IMG/VR virus record: IMGVR_UViG_3300011008_000057
Location: 2,205-66,204 of that record
Length of the DNA: 64,000 nucleotides
Reading direction: 5' to 3' (one strand)
Origin: a virus
Lineage: Duplodnaviria; Caudoviricetes
In this document: positions 27,945 through 36,800 of the stretch, piece by piece
Layout: every line of letters starts with the position of its first letter
Position numbering within the stretch: position 1 is the stretch's first letter
Notes under the pieces: generated by a model
What the model was told of the DNA's origin: nothing
The model's database searches: none
The model's input: the letters and a program-made list of their open reading frames with translations, nothing else
Translations under genes and position numbers: made by a program

Positions 27945-29761
27945 TGGCACTACCAGTATTAAATCCAGGCATTGCGAATCTCAGCCAAGATTCCGCCATC
28001 TACGACCTCTATACGAGGTACTACAACAACATGGTTGCGGCCAATGACGTTGATACTCCCAGCTTTGATCCGCTTCCAAGTGAGATAGAAGCCAACGGTG
28101 ACTTGACACAGGAGTATTACGACAGGGTTAATGCAGGCTTGGCATCGTACAGCGAGATACAGATGAGAAATGCCGCCTATAACTCTGCCGTGGCCGTGTT
28201 CTCGTCACTTGGTGGCGGCAGTGGTGGCGGTAGCGGGAGCACCAGCGGCTTTTTGGCCCGTGCGGGCGACAGTATGTTGGGCTTGCTTCAGGCGAGATAC
28301 GGTTTCGAGGCAGGTTTCGACAATGTGAAGATTTTCGACACGACCATTGTCGATAATGTCAATACCGCTCATGTGTACGGGACGCTCATTGTAGACAGCG
28401 ATGCGGAAGTCACTGGTAAGATTGTTGTTGGTGACGATGGTATTTATTTCGGCAACGACCAGACATTATATAAGGATGATTCCACGGACGATATAGTTCT
28501 TGCAGGAACCAACATTGTGCTTGACGGTGCCGTTGAGAGCACTGGAAGCATAACCGTTGGCGATGTTGTTGTCGGTCAGAGTTCCATCACCAACAACGGC
28601 CATGTGTACTACCATGCCGGGAATGCAAACAACCAGTATGTGGATTGGGCGTCAGACGACATGGAAGTGTTCGGCGACCTTACCGTTCACGGCGACCAGT
28701 CGTTCGGCGGCATGTTAAGCGCCCTGAACGGCTTTGAGTTGGGCGCCGACAATACGGTGATGTTCCAGTCTGTCGTTGTGGAGAGCAACGGCGTAATCAC
28801 CGACAAGTGGCTTAATCTCAAGTCGATGATTGACTTGGACGGCGGTGCCGGATTGAGTTACAACGGTCATCCCATCCTGAAAGCATATCGTGACGCCAAT
28901 AACAACAACGAATACAGGGTGGATTTCGGCGCTCCTGGTATGAACATGTACCTTGGCGCTTCGGATGGCAACATGCTTACTACGAAGGTGTTTCTTGCTT
29001 CCGACATCTGGAACTACGCAAACACCTTCCGTATCGTTTCGAGGTTCGGCGACGGCAACTTTCCCAATTCGTTGAGTGCTGGTTGCGCCACTTCAGGGCC
29101 TACGGTGTTGCAGACCTATTTTGGCTCTCAGTCGGATTGCGGCGTGGTGTTCCAGAAGCTCATCCGCTTGAACAGCGTGAACGGTCCATCCATATCCATA
29201 GGTGAAAGCGAATACGAGGCGAAGATAGACCTCCCGTACCAGCATGTGGTGAACGACATGAACACCTTGGAACGGTTGCCCATCGTGTTTTCGTTTGAGC
29301 CTACGACATCGTTGTTTGCCGACAGGTCGTTGTCGTGGTCGGCAAGCCTTGGTATAGACTTGGAAGACGAGAACGCCGAATTTTTCTCTTTCAGGAAGCC
29401 TGTCGAGGCCGAGTTTTTTTCCATAATAGGGGAGCAGTATAAAACCAAACTGGGCGAAAATGTCCTATTCTTTGACGACGGAGTTTTCCTCGAAGGCATC
29501 GTTGGAGGCATATACCATTCGGGCAACGGCACCTTCTCTGGCAGCATAAGCTCATCTACTTTCGCAAGTGGTTTTGCCGGGTACGGATGGGCTGTCAAGC
29601 CCGACCAACTGTACGGCGGCTATGAGGCCACTTTTGATTCGCTTGTCGTAAGGAAGAAGATGCGGGTCTATGAGTTGGAGGTGCAGAAGATTTCGGCCAC
29701 CAACGGCTCCTTGTGGGTCAGCGACTCATGTTCTGGTGACACCGTGACGGAAATCGTTTGA
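27944..29761 (+). CDS. Tail/baseplate structural protein
   Basis: 605 aa; ends STFASGFAGYGW...FDSLVVRKKMRVYELEVQKISATNGSLWVS. Confidence 0.6.
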   Translation: MALPVLNPGIANLSQDSAIYDLYTRYYNNMVAANDVDTPSFDPLPSEIEANGDLTQEYYDRVNAGLASYSEIQMRNAAYNSAVAVFSSLGGGSGGGSGSTSGFLARAGDSMLGLLQARYGFEAGFDNVKIFDTTIVDNVNTAHVYGTLIVDSDAEVTGKIVVGDDGIYFGNDQTLYKDDSTDDIVLAGTNIVLDGAVESTGSITVGDVVVGQSSITNNGHVYYHAGNANNQYVDWASDDMEVFGDLTVHGDQSFGGMLSALNGFELGADNTVMFQSVVVESNGVITDKWLNLKSMIDLDGGAGLSYNGHPILKAYRDANNNNEYRVDFGAPGMNMYLGASDGNMLTTKVFLASDIWNYANTFRIVSRFGDGNFPNSLSAGCATSGPTVLQTYFGSQSDCGVVFQKLIRLNSVNGPSISIGESEYEAKIDLPYQHVVNDMNTLERLPIVFSFEPTTSLFADRSLSWSASLGIDLEDENAEFFSFRKPVEAEFFSIIGEQYKTKLGENVLFFDDGVFLEGIVGGIYHSGNGTFSGSISSSTFASGFAGYGWAVKPDQLYGGYEATFDSLVVRKKMRVYELEVQKISATNGSLWVSDSCSGDTVTEIV

Positions 29762-29762
29762 T

Positions 29763-32225
29763 ATGGCTGTATTCAATTATCGGAAGTTCAAGGTTCTGCT
29801 CGACGCAGACTCGAAGAAGACGCAGGGGTTGAGGACCGGCGACATCGTTAGGCGCCAGTATTTCGACGGCCAGAATGTCGTCTATTCCTTGATGTGCGTC
29901 TTGGGCTATGGCATCGAGGAAACAGTAGATGCCGAGACCAACGATGTGATTCGTCAGCCTTATTTCATCGGCGCACTTCTTGAAGGTGACGCTCCGCAAA
30001 CCAGCCAACTGCTTGATTTCGTCAGGGTGACAAGCCTTTTCGACACCGACAGGAGCGGAGCCTTGTACCTCACGGCATCGGATTCGGACGCGCCTTTTAT
30101 GGATGTCATCGACGGCATAGGCAGGAATATGAGCCTGTGCTGGCCGACAAACATAGCCAACACCGATTCCATCGACTCCAAGACGCAGTATGTCACGATA
30201 GGAAACGAATACATCACCTCCGAATACATGTCGTCACTTGACGGCAACGGCAGGGTGTGCCATATCACAAGAACTGGAGAAAACGCGCCTCAAAATGAGG
30301 CCATCGGCATCAGACAGGACTTCTACAACTACATAGCGAATCCGAACCGTGTATTGGTGTCATTCAAGGTGAAGGCGAGCAAAAGGATGAACGCCAATGT
30401 GTCGCTGAAATACATCAACGGCTTGCAGACCGACGGGTCGATAGACTTTGAGGTCACAACGGATTGGGAGTACAAGTTCTTCGCCATCACCGTAGACTAC
30501 TCTGGCAGGCATCTACGCACCCTGTCCGTGGCTTTCAAGAATTTCTACGCCAACGACGAGGCATGGATTGCGGACTTGAACATCATCCTGCTTTCGAGCG
30601 TTTCATCATTTGGCGACGCGAGCCAGACGAGGATAGGAAAGCTCGACGGCATCGTGGATCCAGTGTTCGGTCGTCTCGACGGGTATGGGGGTTATCTTCA
30701 AAAGATGTTCGCCTCTGGTTCCGCTCATGTGTCCGGCACGTTGACCGCAGGTGACGAGAACGGTTTCGGGGCAACTTTCTATGCAGGAAAGATACACAGG
30801 AACGCATTCCTCAATTCAATCATGCCCGCGTTTTTGAGTTCTATCGAGCCATCTGAAAACATGGCTAATCCAACTGGCATTGGAGAGGTGTATGAATTGG
30901 ACGGGGAAGCCACGATGTCGGCTCAGAGAAGCGACTGGATGATGCCGAGAATCGGAGTTGAATACTGCTTCTCATGTTGGATTTACACCAAGAAGGAATG
31001 CCTGCTTTCCATCTACCAGAACGGTACGCTTGTCGGCATTATACAAATACCATATTCACAGGCTCACGCATGGTACAGGCAATCAGTTTCTTTTAAGTTG
31101 CAGCCTCCCGCCAATGCCGAGGACGACATGCTGATTACACTGAGTCCATCGTTCATCGACACGCCTTCGCGTGAGGTGACGAACAACGAGTCCGTTCTTG
31201 CACAGGACCATATCATGCCCGACGAGGACATTATGTTCTTCGCATCGCCTCAAGTCGAACTTGGCGATACGGCAACGCAATACCAGCCTACCGACAATAA
31301 GCTGAACTATACCGACGACTATGGCGCATGGTTTGCCCGTGGTGGAATAGGCGGAACCATCCAAAACCCGCTATTGATGCTCAATTACGATGGCAACGGC
31401 AGCATCGGCGCGAGAGGTAATGCCTTTGTGCTGAGGAATGACGGCAGCGGACATTTGGCCAACGCAAACATAGTTTGGGACGAAAACGGGAACGTGACTT
31501 TCGGTGAAGGCGTGAAGCTGACATGGGATAACATCGGAGGAACGCCTCCAGAGGAGTTTATCCACAGGGCTGTGCGGATAACAGGGCAGGACACTTTCGT
31601 AATATCCAGTGAATTTGGCGTTGCGATGGTGACACCAGAGGCCATAACACTGACAGCAGCCGAAACCAACCTGTCGAGCACGGCCGACCAGAGGCAGTGG
31701 TACTATTCGGACGGCCTCAACTTTTATCCGATTCCAAACGCAAAACTGAAGACATTTGTTCTTGCACACGATTCGTATTTATGGGACTATTCGCCCAATG
31801 TCCTTGTGTTGAAATACGAGGTCAACATAGACGGCAATCTATATTATGACACAATTTCCATCAGAAAGCAGAGGCTTGAGGGCTACGAAGTGAGGATTAC
31901 ATCGCAACAGGGAGAGCTGTTCGGCAGTGGTGTGTGCCATACGGTTTTGGAGGCGAATGTCTATTACCAAGGCGAACTGATGGAAGATATTCCTCCTGCG
32001 TTGGGGTTCATGTGGCATAAATATAGCCTCCCGGATACCGACAACGAAGTTGAGGGATGGTGGTTCGCTGTCGAGGACGGATTGGGCAATGTCGTTACGC
32101 CGGAAATTGACAGGACCGCAAAACAAATCACCCTTGACTACACTATTATAACAAGGGATATGTTTGTATGCGAACTGATCATGGAGAACAACCATTTCCC
32201 GTATCAATTACCAATAATATTCTGA
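29763..32225 (+). CDS. Tail structural protein with carbohydrate-binding-like domains
   Basis: 820 aa; RIGKLDGI, PQVELGDTATQYQP, DGSGHLANANIVWD patterns. Confidence 0.6.
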   Translation: MAVFNYRKFKVLLDADSKKTQGLRTGDIVRRQYFDGQNVVYSLMCVLGYGIEETVDAETNDVIRQPYFIGALLEGDAPQTSQLLDFVRVTSLFDTDRSGALYLTASDSDAPFMDVIDGIGRNMSLCWPTNIANTDSIDSKTQYVTIGNEYITSEYMSSLDGNGRVCHITRTGENAPQNEAIGIRQDFYNYIANPNRVLVSFKVKASKRMNANVSLKYINGLQTDGSIDFEVTTDWEYKFFAITVDYSGRHLRTLSVAFKNFYANDEAWIADLNIILLSSVSSFGDASQTRIGKLDGIVDPVFGRLDGYGGYLQKMFASGSAHVSGTLTAGDENGFGATFYAGKIHRNAFLNSIMPAFLSSIEPSENMANPTGIGEVYELDGEATMSAQRSDWMMPRIGVEYCFSCWIYTKKECLLSIYQNGTLVGIIQIPYSQAHAWYRQSVSFKLQPPANAEDDMLITLSPSFIDTPSREVTNNESVLAQDHIMPDEDIMFFASPQVELGDTATQYQPTDNKLNYTDDYGAWFARGGIGGTIQNPLLMLNYDGNGSIGARGNAFVLRNDGSGHLANANIVWDENGNVTFGEGVKLTWDNIGGTPPEEFIHRAVRITGQDTFVISSEFGVAMVTPEAITLTAAETNLSSTADQRQWYYSDGLNFYPIPNAKLKTFVLAHDSYLWDYSPNVLVLKYEVNIDGNLYYDTISIRKQRLEGYEVRITSQQGELFGSGVCHTVLEANVYYQGELMEDIPPALGFMWHKYSLPDTDNEVEGWWFAVEDGLGNVVTPEIDRTAKQITLDYTIITRDMFVCELIMENNHFPYQLPIIF

Positions 32226-32226
32226 A

Positions 32227-32748
32227 ATGGCGTTAGACTTCGGAAATAAGATACAAAACTTGGGCGCTACTGCGCAAGGCAGGCTGACTGCTGCGGAGTT
32301 TAACGCAATCATCCAATTGCTCAACGAGCACGATGAATTGCTTCGTAAGAGGTGGATAGGCTCGGAAAGCGAGTATGCCGCATTGGTTGCCAGCAACCAG
32401 ATACATGACGACTGGCTATACTACATTTATGAAGACGATGGGGAGGGTGGCGGTGGAACGCCACAGACCGAACAGACCATTGCCATAGAAGGTGACTTGA
32501 TGACGATTCAAGGCGCAGAGCTTTCGGCGGACGGAGAGACCCTTACGGTTCACGGTTCGCTGTCGTCGGATGGAGAAACGCTGATATTCTCCGGTTCGGC
32601 ACAGCAGGAAGATGAACAACAGACCCAACAGGCAGCCATCAGCGGCGAGTTGATGACGATACAAGGCGCCTCGCTATCGCAAGACGGCGAGACATTGACC
32701 GTGAGAGGAGCCTTGTCATCGGAAACATTGGTTTTGACAAACACTTAA
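32227..32748 (+). CDS. Tail-fibre-associated protein with duplicated C-terminal module
   Basis: WIGSESEYAAL...WLYYIYED motif; LMTIQGA.LS.DGETLTV.G.LSS occurs twice. Confidence 0.6.
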   Translation: MALDFGNKIQNLGATAQGRLTAAEFNAIIQLLNEHDELLRKRWIGSESEYAALVASNQIHDDWLYYIYEDDGEGGGGTPQTEQTIAIEGDLMTIQGAELSADGETLTVHGSLSSDGETLIFSGSAQQEDEQQTQQAAISGELMTIQGASLSQDGETLTVRGALSSETLVLTNT

Positions 32749-32771
32749 ACTAACGATAAAAATAGAATGCA

Positions 32772-33662
32772 ATGATCAAGCAAATCAAAGTAATAGACGA
32801 ACTTGGGAACGAAACCACTGTTACTGTAGGGCAGTTGGCAGCAGAGGTCGCATCCCATATTTCATTGAGTTCGAAGAATAACCTCGAATTAACATCACCA
32901 AAGAGCATCAATATCGAGCCGACAAAACATGTCAAGGTGAAGCCAGGTGATGGAGGACAGATAGAGTTGCTTGCGGACCATACTGGCGACTTGGATGAAG
33001 TGCTTGTCAAGGCTTTGGTCAGCGTGGACGACCAGGGTGTTGACCTTTCCAGCGAGCTGCCCATCAGGTTGAAGCTGAACTCGACCGAAATGGAGTTCAA
33101 CACCAAGGGCGCTGCCGATGTCAACGAATACGACGTGAAGTTCAAGACCGGTGTCAAGGACTCTTCTGCCGGAGAGCACTACTGCCAGACCAAGATGAAA
33201 GGCCGCTCGTTCGACATACGTTGCTACGAGCACGGAGGCATAGCCTTGCAGCCCTGTGGTGAGGACAGCAACCACAACGAGAACAAGATCAAGTTCGAGA
33301 GTTCAAGGACCAACGCCATCGGACAAGCAGGACAGTACGATTCAGAGGGCGGACAGGGCCTTGAGTTTGGCACATTCAATAATGAGCACGCATCTCTCTA
33401 TACAGGAGATTACAGATTCAAGGCCGACGGTAGGGTGATTGCCGTTACCCGTGGCGCCATCGCTCAGGCGGCCAGCGGGAAGACCGACTATCCGACCCAA
33501 GACGATGACTTCAAAGATATCCCGCTCACTACAGAAGGGTCGCCCTGCACGTTCAATGCCTCTAACGGATGGGAAGCGTCGGCTGGCGAGACCATGCTTT
33601 CCTGCACATGGGAAGACATCATTAAAGCAGTCCTGTATCTGAAAGGCAATGGCTCAATTTAA
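32772..33662 (+). CDS. hypothetical structural protein
   Basis: 296-aa ORF in tail operon. Confidence 0.65.
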   Translation: MIKQIKVIDELGNETTVTVGQLAAEVASHISLSSKNNLELTSPKSINIEPTKHVKVKPGDGGQIELLADHTGDLDEVLVKALVSVDDQGVDLSSELPIRLKLNSTEMEFNTKGAADVNEYDVKFKTGVKDSSAGEHYCQTKMKGRSFDIRCYEHGGIALQPCGEDSNHNENKIKFESSRTNAIGQAGQYDSEGGQGLEFGTFNNEHASLYTGDYRFKADGRVIAVTRGAIAQAASGKTDYPTQDDDFKDIPLTTEGSPCTFNASNGWEASAGETMLSCTWEDIIKAVLYLKGNGSI

Positions 33663-33825
33663 CCGGAAAGACATAGTAGACGTCAAGTTTGGCAGAAGAC
33701 AGCTCGTTGAAATCAGGAGCGGCCTTGTGACCGTCTGGGAGTTTTTGACAGGCTTCATCTTCACGTCTGACGGCTATGTGTGCCAGACTTCGGACGGCTA
33801 CATTGAAAAGTGCAACGACCAATAG
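33649..33825 (+). CDS. small tail-module protein (58 aa), not in ORF track
   Basis: Read manually: MAQFNRKDIVDVKFGRRQLVEIRSGLVTVWEFLTGFIFTSDGYVCQTSDGYIEKCNDQ. Confidence 0.6.
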   Translation: MAQFNRKDIVDVKFGRRQLVEIRSGLVTVWEFLTGFIFTSDGYVCQTSDGYIEKCNDQ

Positions 33826-33834
33826 AAACAAGCT

Positions 33835-36800
33835 ATGGCTAAAAAAATCATCAATCTTCCAATACTTGCCGAAAAGTGGCTGGCTGCGTGGACTCGCCTG
33901 AAGGACTATTTCGCCAATGGCACGTTCGCAGAGAAATTCATCCGCCACGACGAGAAACCGTTTGTGCGCTGGTATGATGCTGGTAATCGTGTTTATCGCG
34001 AGTTCCCTGACGAGGAAAAGATGATGGCCTGGGTGGAAGCCTACGAAAACGGTACGTTAGACGAACACCCCGAAATCAGGGCATACGAGTTTACCGAAGG
34101 ATTCACTGCTCCGGCACCCTATACGATTTCCTTCATATCGCTGAAAGACAACCAATATTTCCTTATCGGTGACGACGGCAAGACGAGTGGCGTTACTATC
34201 GGATATTCCTTCAAGACGGTTGATGGCAGCAATGGCGTTGATGAGATTCTGGAGTCTGTTGATGCCTACTATACATTCCAGAGCACAAGCGGAACGCACC
34301 AAACGTCAAAGATTTACAATGCGGGCACAACGGTCAACATGAATATCGACGAGTTCCTGCATCTTGGCACCAACACAATCACGATACACCTTCGCGGTCG
34401 TTCAACTGGTGCGATGAGGACGACGATAGTGACTTACTATGTCGTGCAACTGAAGATTTCGACGACGTTCGACATTTCGCGCAGCATCCTGCCAAACACG
34501 AATTTCTCTTGCACATATACTGTTACGGGGCAGGCCGACAAAACCGTGAGGTTCTATGTTGACGGGAAATTGGAACATTCTCCTATAATTTCGAGTCTTG
34601 AGTCAACTGCTACCAGAACGCAGATTTTCAAAAACACAGACGGAAAATATCAACCCGGAAAGCACACTTTGCAGGTGCAGGCGGAAATGATGGCTGGCGA
34701 CAGCATCTTCACCTCCAATTTGCTTTATTATGAGTTTGTCATCACCGGCATAGACCAGACCGTGATCCTCATCGAAAACGTGTTTCCGAGGACGCAACCT
34801 GTGCTTATCGGCGAACAGCCTGGTCTTACAGGAAAGCAATACATCACGAAGAGCCTCAATTGGGCCTACTATTCGAGCGATGTGCAGCAGCAGTCGGCAA
34901 CCATCACATGGAGGCTGTTTGCCAACGGCAACGAGACCACCCTGGCGACGAGAAATGCCGATGTTGTCCATGCCGAGACCGACCGCAAGCCAGACCCGCT
35001 GACATTCATGCCTACCGAATACGGGACCTATCAACTTCAAGCCCTTATTGGCGGCGAAGTCATCGAGCCTTCGTATTCCATCGCCATCAGCGAGAACACG
35101 GAGATATTCGAGGCGAGAGAGGGTCTGACGATGAAGTTGAGCGGCCTTGGCCGTTCAAACGATGAGCCGCAAGAAACACTCCAATCGTGGGCCGACAGGG
35201 GATATTCCTGTCAGTTCAGCAACATGCCTTTCAATGGCAACTCGGGCTATTTCGACGACGCCGTGGTGTTCAACAACGGAGCCACTGGCCTTATCAACAA
35301 CAAGCCGTTTGCAGAGGAAATCGCAGTGCAAAGTCGTAACGGCAATGTAGTTGAGATTGACTTCATGTCGTTCAACGTGGACGAGAACGATGCCGTCATC
35401 TTCCAGATCGGCGACCCGTCTATCGGTCCGGCATTGACCATCTATCCGACCAAGGCGGTCCTGAAATCGCGTGCAGGAACTGAGATTGTGGCACGCTTCA
35501 AGGCAGACGAGAGAGTGAAGCTGGCTTTCATCACCCATCCCAACGCACAAGGGCACACGCAGTACCCGCGTTTTATGACGGTTTCGAATAACGGTGTCCT
35601 GGCTCCCGCCGTGGTATATGACATCACGGACAATTTCAATATCGGTCGCATGGCCGATACCAACGACACCTACGGCATGATCCGCATCGGCAATGCCGAC
35701 GGCAAGGCTGGAATCAAGATATTCTACCTGCGCACTTACGATGCCGTCATCAACGAGGTGCAGGAATTGAACAACTACATCATTGACAGCGGAAAGGACC
35801 TTGCTGCCATGATTGCCAAGAACAACATCTACCAGACCGGTTCCGTTTCTACCGTTGACATCGACAAGATCGAAGGGATGGTGCCGTTGGTGAAGATTAC
35901 CGGCGATGTCACTCCGATGATTGCCACTCAGTCAAAGGCTACCATATTCGGCGCTATGGAAATCACATTCCCTGAAAGCCCGGAATTGAACATAAGTTGT
36001 TCTAACGCGCAGTTCAGCAATGCCGGTCAGTCGACGCTGGGCTTGCACATGCCTCCGTCGATGCACGTCAAACTTGACAAGAACGGCAATGTGGTGTTTG
36101 ACCGTGACGGGAACCCGCTCTATAAGAACAGATGGGCCTTCCGTAAGGGCAATATCCCGGAGAAGAAATTCCGCCTGCAAGCCAATCCGATGGACTCGTC
36201 TTGTTGCCACAACGGTTCGTTCCTGCGAATGGTGAACGAGACTTACAAAAAGGCGCAGGTCAACGGTGAGTACGTTCTTCGTATTCCAGCACAGCAGTAT
36301 GTATTGAGTGGCCAATATGCGTCAGACATGGCGCAACGTCATGGAGGCGATGCCAAGGACTACGAGTTCCCGTACAACATCAACTTCGTTCCTGATTCGA
36401 GGCCGTGTGTCGTTGTATGGAGAGCGAATGAGAACACGCCTTACACTATGCTTGGCCTGTATGTCCTCATGGAAGAGAAGAAAGCCAACTATGCCAACGG
36501 AATGAGGAGCATCTACGACAAGATTGCCACTGACGGAACGCTTGACCCTTACGACTTCAAGTCGGGAACCAAAGGTTCGCGCCTTTGGGATAATGATGGT
36601 TGCAGACAGGTCGAGAACCTGCGTAACGACATCTACACGCTCTTTACTTCCGCAAACGGCTGGGATGCCAACGCTTCGGCAAGGGAAATGGCCTATGAGC
36701 TTATTTACCCGGATCCGGACGACATCATCGCTGACGGCGGTGACGTGGATGACTATTGGGAGGAGTTTGGCGAAGAGGTTGTGAAGCCCATCGCAGCGAC

